A stretch of 64,000 nucleotides of DNA, from the NCBI GenBank assembly GCA_023920165.1, contig CP089274.1, positions 434,001-498,000 of the forward strand. Reading direction: 5' to 3'. Numbering within the stretch: the first letter of the stretch is position 1; each line of letters opens with the position of its first letter. Position numbers and translations under genes: made by a program. The notes below the pieces were generated by a model. That model searched no databases. It was not told where the DNA came from and saw nothing but the letters and a program-made list of their open reading frames with translations. Shown here one piece after another: positions 24,442 through 36,967 of the stretch. Source of the DNA: Curvularia clavata. Lineage: Eukaryota.

Positions 24442-27400
24442 CTATTCGAGCAGAATATCCCTCTCCACTGGCCCTGCGTTCATAAAAGCAGCCACATGAA
24501 TTCTTCCCACCGTCACTCGTTGTGCCACGCCGCCAGCAGAGTCTCGCACAATCATCATCACGTTGAACAGGCCCCATGGCATTGTCTCGTCGTATAAACG
24601 AGTATCAAAGTGAAGCAGCGGATCCACGTGTCCTGTTTCCTCATCCTCGTCCTCTGAGCTCACATGCTGCGTATGAGCAAAAGGCATTGTATACACACTA
24701 CCGAGTTCAGATATGGGAGTAGACGTCAGTAGCTCGCGTCCTATCCGAGGATCGCTGTTGCCGCTGGCACGAGATATGACTATGAACTCGGCTCGATTGT
24801 CATCTCCGACGCTGTCGAAGATATTGTGGTCCCCCTCCGTCATTGTCTCCAGATCTGGCAGGTAGACATAGCCAGCGTAGAAGCCCTCGTTATTTACTAC
24901 TCTTGCGTGGTATACTTTGTGCTTGTAGTCGTGGTTCTCAGCCCGGCGGCGCACGCGTCTGTCAATGCGGAACCGAGCCGATAGCGTGCGAATGTGAAGC
25001 CTGTGCGACGAGTGAAGCGCAATTCGATGGTCTCGATGGAACGCAGGCGCCGCTTCGGATACCGGATGCAGCCAGCGGCGGCCGTTGTCTGCGTCGTCGA
25101 TCCATGTCCAACCACTCTCAGCTTCGTCCACCGTCCAGCGCCCGGCTCGAGCGCGATATGGCATTCGATATTCAGTACCCGTGAGCCATAGATCTTCTTC
25201 ATCAGCGTCTGGATCTGCAAGTAAATTACGCCATAGGAGCGGCGAGCCGAGCTCAGACATGGGATAGGAGCGCTCGATGAGCCACGGCCACGCAGCCTGT
25301 CCGATCCACCCTAGCCAGCTCCAGCTCGGAAAGAGGGCTTTGCCAGTCGTCGTGTCTACTCGTCGTCTGCTCTTGCCGAGAGCGCTCCACATGAGGCTCG
25401 CAGCCAGCTCTGTGTCCGGTAAAGCGTGAACGAATGTTCCACGAAAAAGACCCTGGATTTCATCCAGCACTCCGGCCATCGCCCTCTCAGCATCCTCCTG
25501 AAGCGTGAGGTTTCTAGAGGTATAGTCCATGACTACAACGGCAAATATGTCCATATTGCAGCTTCGCCCGATTTTAGAAACCACTCTATCGTCCTCGCCT
25601 TCATAGAAAAACATGCCGCGGTGGGCAGTTCCCTCATCCCACCATGCATGGCGGCAATTCTCGTCCTCAGCTGTTGATGTATGCCAGCACCACCAGTTAA
25701 CTCCATGGTCTGAAATCTGCAGCTTACGTTGCGATAAGACCTTCTCTTGCATAGTCCACCCGCGGGTGGACCACGTTGACTTCAAGATCTGCTCGCCACA
25801 GGGCAGTATGTTTCCGAGTGCAATGCCGCCCACTACTTGCGCGGCTTGCTTCAGCGTACGTGTATTGTGCTCGATACCGGGAATGCCGTAGTCGGCATCA
25901 TCTCCGCAGCACACACAGACGGTAAGGATGCTATTCTTGTAGACGCGGCCCATCTTGCCAATTTGTGTGGCCTTGTCCACCGGGTCGTCCTGTATAATAC
26001 AAAGAGCATCGACCCACAGGTAACGTTCGCCAATCTGGAGTGTCAATGTGATGGAGTCTCTGATAGTCTTAGGTATTCTGTCCATCAGTGACAGCAAGGC
26101 ACCGGGTTGTGTCATGGCATCGTACGTATCTTTGAGCAATTTGACCTGTTCAGCCTCGCCCCAAGTGTAGCTCAGAGTCACGTATCTGACATTGTGATTG
26201 AGCTCTGTGACGCACATGTTGAACACATCGATTGCCCTCACAGTTGTGGCGTGCTGGTAGGGACTCCTGACGTCTCGCAGATCGCACTGCCTAATAACAT
26301 CTCGAATCCAGTTGAAGTCTATCTGATCGGGCTGGAGGAGCAATCTGCCACAATTTGGGGAATTGCGCACAATCGGGCGGATAGCCATGCTAACTTCCGG
26401 TTTCAGCACAACCGACTGCTTCGATGCAGTGAGCAGGGCTTTGTTCGAACAGAGGTACAGTGCCGGTTGGCAATGTGACGTTTTGAATCGTACGGGGCAT
26501 AATGAATACAAGTCTCCGAATTTGGCACTGATCATCTGGTGGCTGAGAGTGCGCTTTTCGTCTTCATCCATATTTCGTGGAAGATCTTTGACGATATCAA
26601 GTGCGATGATTTTACCAGCGAGCTGACAGAATCCGCAGCCCTGATGCTCTATTATCATTCTTCCCAGCGTCCCGAGCATGATGTAGTCACGCGGTTTGGG
26701 CGGAACTTCAGTCTCCTGTTGCCTGAATAGTGCAATGAAGTTAATGTGCCTGCAGGTTGCGCAGAGATAACCCGGAGTGCCTTGGGGTTCGACATCCGGA
26801 TTCTTGATATACCACATCGGAACCATGCTCGCCGGCATGTAGTCAAAGCGTCGGTTGAGGTTGACTCCGCCGACTGACGTATTTGGTCCAGGATCGATCG
26901 ACCGCATGCTTTCTTGGTTCATATCATTAGTTGGGTAGTCTTCTTCGTCTTCTGATTCGTCAATTGTATGGACAGATGGTGGTGTCGTGCCTCCCACTCT
27001 AAACTTGCTGCCCATGACAAGAGAAGGAGGTCTTATCCGGGATCTGCCTTCGCGGATCTCGTTTAGTACTGAAGCAGGGATCACAATAATCGTTGGTCTG
27101 TCGTCTTCGCTGTCGTCATCTACCGTAACGTATTGTGCGGTGATGTTCCTCTCCTCGCGACTCCTCTGACTCGCACTGGAAGAATATCCACTCTGAACGG
27201 GATGTACCTGAAGGTCGTTTTCACTTATATGCGTAGGATATGCAGATGATTGCAACGGTTGATCGACATAACTCGGTTGTGATCGAGCTTGTTGCTGCTG
27301 TCCTACAGCAGATTGTCCTCGACCATCATTCGTGCGGTGAGGAGGCTGCGCGACGGGCTTTCTGTAACCAAAGGTCGATGATGGGGGAGCCCATCCTTCA

Positions 27401-27705
27401 GGGCCACTCCCACCGCTAGAATGAGGGTGCAAAGCGTATTTTGGTGCTGCAGGACGGACGGTAGGGTTGACCGTAGACGCACTGTAGGCTGGGTAAGCCG
27501 GTCGCCCACTCTGACCTCCCCCGCCTTGCTGCCCGCAGGTTAGATTCGGTGTCTGGACATAATTGTTGGTCGAGTTTACGGAAGAGAGTGTCTCTCCAAG
27601 ATGGTCTGCATATTGCTGTTTGTTCTTCGAACTCCTAGAGAATAGCCCCTTCACTTTTGTGCTGAACGATGTATCGTTACCTCGCGTCTTCCTCAACCGC
27701 GACAT
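24442..27705 (-). CDS. HET-domain (heterokaryon incompatibility, PF06985-type) protein with a long disordered N-terminus
   Basis: Intronless 1087-aa ORF with HET blocks YVTLSYTWG, IPKTIRDSI, RYLWVDALCIIQDD, MGRVY and WSTRGWTMQEKVLS, then YTSRNLT and FPSWSWLGW. CxxC pairs lie upstream of the domain. Confidence 0.9.
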   Translation of the reverse strand: MSRLRKTRGNDTSFSTKVKGLFSRSSKNKQQYADHLGETLSSVNSTNNYVQTPNLTCGQQGGGGQSGRPAYPAYSASTVNPTVRPAAPKYALHPHSSGGSGPEGWAPPSSTFGYRKPVAQPPHRTNDGRGQSAVGQQQQARSQPSYVDQPLQSSAYPTHISENDLQVHPVQSGYSSSASQRSREERNITAQYVTVDDDSEDDRPTIIVIPASVLNEIREGRSRIRPPSLVMGSKFRVGGTTPPSVHTIDESEDEEDYPTNDMNQESMRSIDPGPNTSVGGVNLNRRFDYMPASMVPMWYIKNPDVEPQGTPGYLCATCRHINFIALFRQQETEVPPKPRDYIMLGTLGRMIIEHQGCGFCQLAGKIIALDIVKDLPRNMDEDEKRTLSHQMISAKFGDLYSLCPVRFKTSHCQPALYLCSNKALLTASKQSVVLKPEVSMAIRPIVRNSPNCGRLLLQPDQIDFNWIRDVIRQCDLRDVRSPYQHATTVRAIDVFNMCVTELNHNVRYVTLSYTWGEAEQVKLLKDTYDAMTQPGALLSLMDRIPKTIRDSITLTLQIGERYLWVDALCIIQDDPVDKATQIGKMGRVYKNSILTVCVCCGDDADYGIPGIEHNTRTLKQAAQVVGGIALGNILPCGEQILKSTWSTRGWTMQEKVLSQRKLQISDHGVNWWCWHTSTAEDENCRHAWWDEGTAHRGMFFYEGEDDRVVSKIGRSCNMDIFAVVVMDYTSRNLTLQEDAERAMAGVLDEIQGLFRGTFVHALPDTELAASLMWSALGKSRRRVDTTTGKALFPSWSWLGWIGQAAWPWLIERSYPMSELGSPLLWRNLLADPDADEEDLWLTGTEYRMPYRARAGRWTVDEAESGWTWIDDADNGRRWLHPVSEAAPAFHRDHRIALHSSHRLHIRTLSARFRIDRRVRRRAENHDYKHKVYHARVVNNEGFYAGYVYLPDLETMTEGDHNIFDSVGDDNRAEFIVISRASGNSDPRIGRELLTSTPISELGSVYTMPFAHTQHVSSEDEDEETGHVDPLLHFDTRLYDETMPWGLFNVMMIVRDSAGGVAQRVTVGRIHVAAFMNAGPVERDILLE

Positions 27706-29546
27706 TCTTCGCTTCGTGCTAGCACACTTAGGATCTATAATGTTCGAATGGCGGAGCCTGCGTGTACTAATGTACAGATTTGTGGAAACGATGATGTGTG
27801 AAGAATCGAGAAGGTGGTGGTTGAGCTAAGCAGTGGTCAACACCTTGATCCTGGCATGCAGTTGAAGCGAGGGGGCTCCCATTGTCAGGCTGCCATTTCG
27901 GCAACAGACTCTGGGTTTTGAGCCTTTTCTGCCTGACGGGCTTGTGGCTTCTGCGTGCCAAGGGACGTCGCGCAATCGCTGGTTCCAGCCCGTCTAAAGT
28001 TGCGCTTTGCGGAAGGCCAAGTCAGCTCAGACAATAGAAAAAAAGCCACACTTGTTTCTTTTAGAGATGGTTCCGTATCGGTATAGCCTATGGTGTCGTA
28101 CTGGCCATGATAGGATACAGCGAAATCTTGCATCTGGGTTGCGAACACGGAGAAACTCATAGATATCACGAAAATAACCTATGTCGCCGTAGCATCCCAG
28201 CACCATATGATTCTATGCCCAAACCCACGTTTTGGGCGCACGAAGTTCCTGTTAACCGTCTCAGACGTGCTGAAGCAGAAGTCGCTATGTATGCTAGCCT
28301 TTGAGGTCGGCAACGAAATGATCGACAGTGCCAGTAGCTGGATCACAGGTTGCGTTACTATGTGCTTATACTTAACAAGAACCATCTGTGGAACAGTGTC
28401 TTATAATGGAATTTTAGGCAAGTAAATGAAACAGCGAGTTTTGGAATTCAGTGTTTGAAATCGACTCACTACGTTGTGTGTCTTGCTTCGCAGTGGGTAA
28501 CCTTATTCTAGGGCAGTTTTCAGCTGTAGACTTGGCTTGATATCCAATATGGCTTCCATTGGTTAGATTGTTAGTCAAAATCTTAGTTCGGAGTAAATTA
28601 TACGCTACTTGTGTTGCAGCTGCGGGGTCCATCCCGCAGCTGGAACGAGAAGCTGCTTCGATCTCAGGAACTGACTAGAGTGGCAATCATTTATAAATAA
28701 GCGCACGACGATCGCCATAGGACTAATATTAGTTTCTTACTTCCATAGCGAAATCTGAATATCCAGGGTTGGGTACAGCGCTGCATAGCATAGGCTTGGA
28801 CTTTAGTACTGCATAGAGCGCGCAGGCAACAACAAATTATATTTTTTATATTTTCAATGACAAGAGCAGGACATAGTAGACTCAGAAAATCTAGAGAGAA
28901 GATCATAGACAAATCCGATGCACTTGGAGAATTGAAGCTGCTTAATCTCGAAGTATTTGCAGTCCGTCATGTGACGGTGTGCGTCCCGTGATCCAGAGGC
29001 GGACGTTGTAGTGATCGTTGTATCAAAGCATCAAATGAGCGTGTGGAACACATGAAAAGTGAAATGATTGTTTGTTCAATTTGCATCGAGATATATTGAC
29101 CGTTGCCATCGTACCGATAACAAGCTTTTCGTCCAACAGTCCTGACATTGTGCGTGCATAATGACGGTGATAGCTTGCAATTTATCATCCATCCTAAGAT
29201 CAGTAATGTATATGGGGTCAAAGTCGTGGCGATATTCATTATGTGAATGGGGTCCAGTTGAGGGGATGTAGAGTTCTCTGCTTCGTAGGAAGTACCAGCA
29301 TTCCATATATGGGTTCAGCAGCAAGCTCGTCAGCAACTTCGCTGTTTTGAAGAATCATGTAAACCAAAAGAGTGCGGTTATCAGTAAATGGATAGCCAGC
29401 ATGGGGGTGGTGCGATATGATGATCCTAGGTGAAGCCTACCATTGTCAATGATACCGCGTGAGTTTAACAAAGCTGCAGTACCAAAGCAACAAAGAAACG
29501 GCATAGTAAACTACAGAATATTTCATCTATGAAACAATCTCCATCT

Positions 29547-30567
29547 CTACTTCTCAAATTGCTCCGCCCCAAGCTGCCCCTTAAGATCCATCTTCAGCAG
29601 CCCGTCCCTCTCAATCTCGTCCTTCCTCTTGACCAATTCATCCACATCCCAATTGACGCTGACAAACCTGCCTCCCAGAAAACTCCTATCGACACCCTCC
29701 CAACCTGCAAGCCAGACACCCACGCCGCCAACAAGCTCTGGTGTGTCGAGCGCAAACTTCCAGAACATGTCAACCGTCATGTCGGTTTTTACAATACCAG
29801 GGTGCACAGCGACGGCGAAGACGTTGGGGTTCTCGACCGTAACATATGTCATGAGTTCGAGAACGGCGAGTTTGGAGATGCCGTAGGCGCTGAGATTGGG
29901 GAAGACTTCGTATGCGGCGCCGGTAGTTAAAGTGATGATTTTGGCGGGGGTGGAAGGGGAAGGGAGGCTCTTGAGGAAGTGTTGAGTCATTAGAAAGGTG
30001 CCACGGATATTCAGACTCTGTATTTTCAGCATTAGGTAATGTATTCAAAGTGACTGGGGCGATGCTCATACCATCTCGTCCCACCACATGGCTTGGTCAA
30101 CGTCCTTGACTGGCCCAATAGCCTTGAAGATTCCAGCATTGTTGACGAGAACATCAGCATGGCCGTACTTCTCCTTGACCTTTTCAAAAAGATTGGCGAC
30201 TGATTTCGGGTCCGCAATGTCGGTAGAGACGGAGAATGTTTCAACCTCGGGGTAAGACGCAGAAACGGACTTTGCGACTTCAGCAAGTTTGTCTGCATTG
30301 CGTGCTACAAGAACTATGGCTTTCGCGCCGGCAGCTGCGAATGATGGTACAAAACCCTATCGATTTGGTTAGGGATGTAGACTGAAAGTGATATAGGAGT
30401 GTACATACTCGAGCTCCTAACCCTTGGCTGGCACCTGTAATGATGATCACGTGGCCCTTTTGGGACAGAGAGCTTTGCTTGGGGTCGATAGCAGGATACA
30501 AATCCCGATGCACGACGGGGACAAATTGCTGAAGCTTCACAAAGTGGTCATCGGGAAGGTTCTCCAT
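29547..30567 (-). CDS. Short-chain dehydrogenase/reductase, 3 exons
   Basis: Introns 30357-30408 and 30018-30071. Motifs ITGASQGLG, VLVNNAG, catalytic YGISK and HPGIVKT. Confidence 0.9.
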
Positions 30568-31013
30568 GGTTGCGACAGGTATTCGAGATAGATGTATCTA
30601 ATGTGACAAGGTTGTGGATATGTTGAAGCGTCGATGTTTCTGAGTTGCCTGAAATACTGTCGTACCATGCCGTTTTATACTCACCTTGCCCTTGGACATC
30701 GTGTACCCAAGTTCTATCGCTACAGGTACTATTGGTACAATCCTGAGTAAGCCCTATTACCAAGCTTCCGCGGGGCGTTTCCAGAAAACGATTAGGTGGA
30801 CCCAACATTGATTACGTGCGCTCTGCAATTATTATATAACTCGGCACTAAAGGACAAACATTGAGCCGCCTTCTTTGAAATACCATTATAGTTGCCTGAT
30901 GCCATAGGTCAAAACGTTGGGGCTGAGGGAGGAAGTAACCCGGTTGATGAGAAGGTCACCAAAAAGTGGAGCGTGGCTGCATGGGCAGGGATGAGCGTAT
31001 TCCTAATCTAGCG

Positions 31014-32652
31014 CTAGTGCTCCTCTGCAGAACCCTCCAAAATGCCAGTAGGCAAATTGTCGGGTGGAGGGGCATTTGCAGCATGATGATTTACAATCTG
31101 CATGACCTCATCTCGAATGAGGTCGTCGGTACCAGCAAAGACCTTCTCCACCCACAAAACTTGTTTCACTATCTTCATGAGCCCATCCCATTCTTGCAGC
31201 TGCATACCGCTCATCAAAATGCCGAGCATCAATACAAATTGGCTTCTCTCGGCCAAGTCCTTGGTCTCAATGGCGGCGAAGTAAAGCGTCCAGATGAGCA
31301 AGGGCTTTAATTCGTTCCATTCAATCATGTTTCTCAACAGCACCAGTAGCAAGTTGCGAGACAGAGCAGCGGTCCGTACTGGCGACTGGCCAAGTGTTCT
31401 CCAAAACGGTGATAGGAAAAGTAACGTGCCAAGCCGACAAACTTCTTCCATGACGTGTTCCCGATCGTTGCCTTGGTGTAAGGGCCGTATCGATAGCAGA
31501 CGATAGATGGTCGGCTCCATCCAGCTCCCACTCGTGATAGCCAGCATGAGTTGTCTCTCGTTGAACATGCGATCGAGAGATATTAGCTGGACTATATCAT
31601 CAAAGATTGTGATCCAGTCTAATTGCATGGGTATTTGTTGTTTCCATGCCAGAGATATGGGATTGCAGGGCCGTGGTGAGTTTGGTGGTGACTTGGAGTC
31701 TAAAAGCCATTGCTCTGGCATAGGAACGACGGGACACCGATCTTGGAAGAAGTTCCCAAGCAGATCTGCCCTGCTCGTAAGTTAGCATAATTTCATGGGA
31801 TTGGATTTCAATCAAATCACTTACCAGCTTACTGTGATTCGCAAGTATTCTGTTTTGATGGAACCATAGCCACCTCTGAGTTGTGCCACTCTTGCTAATG
31901 CATCGGCGTGCCTTTGCCATTCGTTGGTTCCAAAGTTCCCGAGCAAAGCCTACCACACGTCAGGTATGCGCCCACGTTCATCTGTACGAATGACCTACCT
32001 CATGAATCATAAAGGAAATCACGGAAGCTATGAGCTCGTCACTGTTATGTTTCGTTGGGTCTTTCATTATTTCGGTAGTGTGTCGAAGAGCCTTGTGATG
32101 ATGCTTCAGCGCGATAGCGTCATCCCGCGAAGGAAAGTATCCATGCTGCTTCTCAAATAGAAAATTTTGGGAGTTGGCAAGCATGTTATAGAAAGCGGTC
32201 AAATAATTGAGCCCGACCGGGTACCAAGAGCCTCGCAGATTGGTTGGGTGATTGTTGTTGTTGTCGGCAATCAATACTATTACCAGTCAGAAGAGGAAGA
32301 CTTGCCATTTCGGGAATATGCACCTACCATTGGCCAGCAATGCTCGATCAGAATCGTCAAGCTCAACAGGGTAGGGGCCAAAAGGATCAAGCTGGCCGCC
32401 GCCAAGCCGATCGATATTGACTTGGTTCTCAGTTGGGTTTCGGAGCTCAAGGACGATTTCATGACGCGCGCGTTTGGTTTTAGGTTTCCTCCTTGCCCTA
32501 CCAACCTCAGTCATGGCAAGGCGGCGGATGCGAAGCTGTGTCTCCTCATTTTTGAGATCATCCGGATGCTGAAGATTGACAAAGTTGAAACTCGGTTTAG
32601 TAGAGCGGTCCATGGCGTTGAACGAGGCTCGCTGCTTACAGTGTGTCGTCAT
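31014..32652 (-). CDS. Fungal transcription-factor-like protein (Fungal_trans_2/DUF3468-like region) lacking a Zn2Cys6 cluster, 4 exons
   Basis: Introns 32277-32327, 31950-31998 and 31771-31824 give a continuous frame. N-terminal FNFVNLQHP...IRRLAMTEVGRARRK, LDPFGPYPV, H..AL.....QLRGG and WADL. Alternative start ATG at 32613. Confidence 0.7.
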
Positions 32653-33895
32653 CAGTAGAGCCTCGTCGTTACCTTATATATTGTGCACGATGAGAATCGC
32701 CGCCAGGAAGAAATTATGTCATCACTGTTTAACGTCGAGGGCTATGGCGATGGCGATTCCCATGTGGACCGGCAACCGAGTTGGGGGCGAGATACCGGCT
32801 CCGTGGACCTGCAGCGAACTTGGCGAGGCACGCCATTTTCCAGGTGGGCACAAGCGGTCAGACCATGGGTGTGTGTATGCAAGCAAAATAGTGGCAACAG
32901 ACGTGAATTATCAAGATGCCAATGTCAGGTCCCTTGATGGAGGTTGCAATTCGGAGACACGGTTAATGCGCTTCCGAAGGACATGTGCCAATTAGTAATA
33001 AGAATTACTGGGCATCATCCATGAGTAATCCGACAAAGTTGGGTGTACAAGTATGCAGTGCTCCCATTACGGAATTGTTGGCCAAGAGAACAACAACAGT
33101 CATCTAAGATACACTTGGGTGTCGTGCGGATTCGTGCGGAGATGCACACTTCCATCGCGAGTTGTTTCGATGATTCAGGACAAGTCCCGGAGCCGCCGAA
33201 TGTTACATAGCTCAGCACTAAAGGGTTTATTAAGATATTACCTAGCTCAGTCGCATGTCAAGAAGCGAGCCAAGAGTTGTCCGGCCAGTGCGACTGACTG
33301 CTAAGAAAGCGTGGCAGAGCAGATACACGACGCGCAGTTGGAGCAGTTCTTATGACAAGTCGACGAGTGGAACGGCTGCCACAGCTCTAGTACGGATCGG
33401 GTCTAGTGCGCCAAGCAACCTCCCCATAACATCGCAAATTTGTCGCCAACCCTTTTTGTTTTCTTCAACGCACCATCAGACAGTTCAGCCACCCATCTCA
33501 CCCGCGTCTTTACGTCTTGTATCGACGCGATCCGAGTTATCCAATTGGGCGGCTGCGATATAGCGCTGCGGAGAAGGAACACAGGTGCTCCATTAGAGCT
33601 GGCTGCGCATTTTTTTGGTTGCGCAGGCGGTGTCATAGGAGCCGTACATACTTACTTGACTCTGGAATATTCGCCTCATTGCGCTTTGAAATCAGCACGG
33701 CGGAAATATCGCGATCAACGGGACGCAGAATGCGGAATTGCAAGCCGGATGTGATTCACCAGAGCATCCGGTTGCCGAAACATCTATGCGCTTCGACTTG
33801 CATCGATACGTATCGTACCTGATCTCAACAAGTCATGATGGAAACAATGACGGTTCATTTTGAACCTGGATGGCTGTAGATTCAATCCTCGTCTG

Positions 33896-35407
33896 TCAAG
33901 CTAGATCTACCTCCCGCCCTCTGTTCTTCAGGATGACCTGTATGCAGTCTACCTTTGCCATACCATCTTGCCCTTTCGTTTGCTGCTCCATATCCTTTGC
34001 TACCCACACATGCTCGATATCCCGCATTACCCTTCTCAAGCTTGGAAAGCGCTTGACTGCATACATTTCCTCAAAACGATTCCGAACAAACTGTCGTTGT
34101 GTGCTGTCGATAGCCTCACAGCCAGCGGTAAAAAGCGGCCATATGTGTGCAGTGGTCAAAGGAGAGCGAACATCCACTTGCTGCAAGTACGCCAGACATT
34201 GGTCAATGTGATCCATGCTGATGGGATTTGGGGCGCCAATATCAAGCCATGTCCGGTACAGATAGATAAAAGCTGCGTGGCGGTACGCCTCAGCTGTAAG
34301 CTTGATGTCTGGGGTTTCCTGTTCGTCTTCTTGCTTGCAGGTAGCAAAGTCCATGGCTAGCAACTTCTGTTGGATATGCGTGCCAGTGGTATTTTCGTCT
34401 TCCGTCAGAGCAGGGACTGATGGTGACAGTGACCGTCTCATCTTAATGGTGTGCTGCAGTTTACTGGTCTGGGCGACTACCAAAAGTACGTTCGCAATAC
34501 TGGCCAAGCTGTGCTCTCCTTCTATCGCCGTAAAGTCGGTCTCGTGATCTAGTAAGGGGGTTGATCCTCTTGACACGGATGACAGGATATCGTGATACGC
34601 GAAGAGACTCATTAGAAACTGTGCACCTGAGCCGGCCAGCCAATCTTCTCCTTGGCTCCGGACTATCATTGCTTTCGCACCCGCCAAATGATTGGCAACA
34701 GTTGCTTCCTCATCTTCACCGAAGAGGCGCGCGGATACTTGCATCATCATAACAGTCGCCAGCGCTGGTTCGGCATTCATTTCGGAAGGGTGTTGAATCA
34801 TGCGCTGCAGCTCATGTATAGCGTCTCTTTGATGGCGATATCTCTGAAAATACAAGAATGGGTCTTTTGATGATGTTGCAAGGTGATTTGCAGCCATTGA
34901 AAGAATGGTAGATCTGAGTGCAGGGGATTGGTATGCCATAGCCGTCAGGTGTCGCTGGAAGGGAGTCGAGATTCCCATGTTAGGAGCGACAGATATGAGA
35001 GTGGAAAGCTGGTCTACCCAATAATCGAGGAGCCACCTATCCTCCGGGGATAGGCCATACGCCAATGCAGGACTGTTGAGTGGTAACAAAGGTAGACTTT
35101 TCGTCGATCCTGGTGACGAGAGCGAATTGTCAGGACTGGAAATTATCAAAGGCATAGATGAGAAACTGTTGACTGAAGCCGGACTCAAGGGGTGAGCTTG
35201 CTCAATGACTTTTTTCTTCCGACTCTTTCGCGGTGGCTTTGCTGGGGTGTTGACAGCATCGTCCTGCCACTTCAACCGGACGCCATAGCCCTTGCAAGTA
35301 ATCTTCAGTCGCATACAACGACCGCAAAATGGCTTTTGTTCATCGCATTTATATCCGGCTTCTCTGCACGTCCAGCATCCAGTCCTCGATCTCTTATGTG
35401 TTGCCAT
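33896..35407 (-). CDS. Zn(II)2Cys6 transcription factor with Fungal_trans_2 domain
   Basis: Starts MATHKRSRTGCWTCREAGYKCDEQKPFCGRCMRLKITC (six-Cys cluster). C-terminal HLAGA, YHDILS, AEAYRHAAFIYL and WPLFTAGCEA. Confidence 0.92.
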   Translation of the reverse strand: MATHKRSRTGCWTCREAGYKCDEQKPFCGRCMRLKITCKGYGVRLKWQDDAVNTPAKPPRKSRKKKVIEQAHPLSPASVNSFSSMPLIISSPDNSLSSPGSTKSLPLLPLNSPALAYGLSPEDRWLLDYWVDQLSTLISVAPNMGISTPFQRHLTAMAYQSPALRSTILSMAANHLATSSKDPFLYFQRYRHQRDAIHELQRMIQHPSEMNAEPALATVMMMQVSARLFGEDEEATVANHLAGAKAMIVRSQGEDWLAGSGAQFLMSLFAYHDILSSVSRGSTPLLDHETDFTAIEGEHSLASIANVLLVVAQTSKLQHTIKMRRSLSPSVPALTEDENTTGTHIQQKLLAMDFATCKQEDEQETPDIKLTAEAYRHAAFIYLYRTWLDIGAPNPISMDHIDQCLAYLQQVDVRSPLTTAHIWPLFTAGCEAIDSTQRQFVRNRFEEMYAVKRFPSLRRVMRDIEHVWVAKDMEQQTKGQDGMAKVDCIQVILKNRGREVDLA

Positions 35408-35718
35408 GGTAGCAGGTGGTACATGTTTGCTTGCGATCACATTGTGCGGCCCTTATTCATCAGCACGCAATCTACAGCATGCTACCGAGTCTCTAAAATA
35501 TGTGTTAGTGTCCAGTGATAGAGCAATAGGTGTGGTAGTTGAACCAATATGCAAATGTGCAGAGAACGCGAGGTGGAGAGTGGCGAACCGCACTAGTTGA
35601 TGCTAGTTCCCGTCAAGATCCAGAGGCCGAGGCTTTCACAATGGGACCATCGTAATGTCCCTACCATGTCTGTGGTTATTAGCAACAACATTAACGTGAT
35701 ATCTTCAAAGTATTAGAG

Positions 35719-36967
35719 CTACAGTTTTGAAGTATCATTCCACACCAATCCGCCACGCTCCTCAATGTAGTGCCTCCCTTTGCTCCACCCCATCCACGTA
35801 CTCAATGTATCCTCTCCCCCACTACCAGGCTTCAGACCTTTCTCGCTCCATCCACTGCCCTGCCAGCCAATACCTTGACCCTCGGCCGCAGATCTGTCAT
35901 CACTACCCTCATGAACAGCATAACCAGGCGAAGTCTTCAAAGTAACAGCAGGTCGTTGATCAAATCCTTGCTCCTCCAACTCTGCTTGGGTAAAGACAGG
36001 CGTGCAACACGCGTCTGTCCCATCGAAAATGGCCTCCCACTCCGCGCGCGTCTTCTTCTTAAACTCCGCTGCGAAGAATTCCTTCAACTTGGGCCAATCA
36101 GCCCTGTTATCCCTGGTCCCAGGTAGATCAGACGGTTTGAGACCCATGCCCTTGAGCAGCGCTGCATAGAATTGCGGTTCAATCGCTCCAACCGCCATGT
36201 ACCGTCCATCCTTAGTCTCATATGTGTCGTAGAAAGGTGCACCACCATCGAGCATATTTGTGCCCCGCTCGCCCTTCCAAACCTCCGTCTTCAAGCCCAA
36301 ACGAGGCATCGTGGCAAGTATGGCGCTGCCATCCACCATGTTTGCTTCCACGACTTGTCCGAAGCCACTGCGTTCTCGCGCCAGGAGGGCAAGCAGTATA
36401 CCGAGGAAACACATGGCGCCTCCTCCCGCAAAATCGCCGACCACGTTGCCTGGTGGATACGGTTTCTCGCCCTTTCTCCCAAACATGCTGAGCACACCCG
36501 AAACAGCAATGTAGTTGATATCGTGCCCCGCCATATGTGCGTACTTTCCATCTCTCCGGAAGCCCGTCATGCGCGCAACAATCAGTCGCTTGTTCAACTT
36601 CAAAAGGACTTTTTCCGGGTCCAAGCCTGCTTTCTCAAGCACCCCGGGCCGAAAGGGATCAATGAGAACGTCGACTTGTGGTATGATTTTCTTGATGAGC
36701 GCGAGGCCAGCAGGCGACTTTAGATTTACGCATATCGACGTCTTGCGGCGCGTAAGTTGGTCACTGGTTGGGCTGGCGGGTGCGCGGTCGATACGAAGGA
36801 CAGATGCGCCGTAGTCGGCCAGGAGCATGCCAGCAAAGGGTCCTGTTGCGTTTTTCTTAGAACATGAGAATTTATAATACAGAAAACGTATATTGTTTAC
36901 CTGGAGCAAGTCCCGCGAACTCCAGCACGCGTATGTTGGCAAGCGGAGGCGGTTGGGGTGCAGTCAT
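35719..36967 (-). CDS. CaiB/BaiF CoA-transferase family III, alpha-methylacyl-CoA racemase-like, peroxisomal
   Basis: Intron 36843-36900 joins [22 protein letters not shown]. Motifs [27 protein letters not shown] and [14 protein letters not shown]-terminal SKL (PTS1). Confidence 0.92.

Noticed and set aside
28617..28642. Perfect 10-bp hairpin cagctgcggg-N6-cccgcagctg
   Set aside because: About one such stem is expected by chance in 64 kb, and there is no supporting context.
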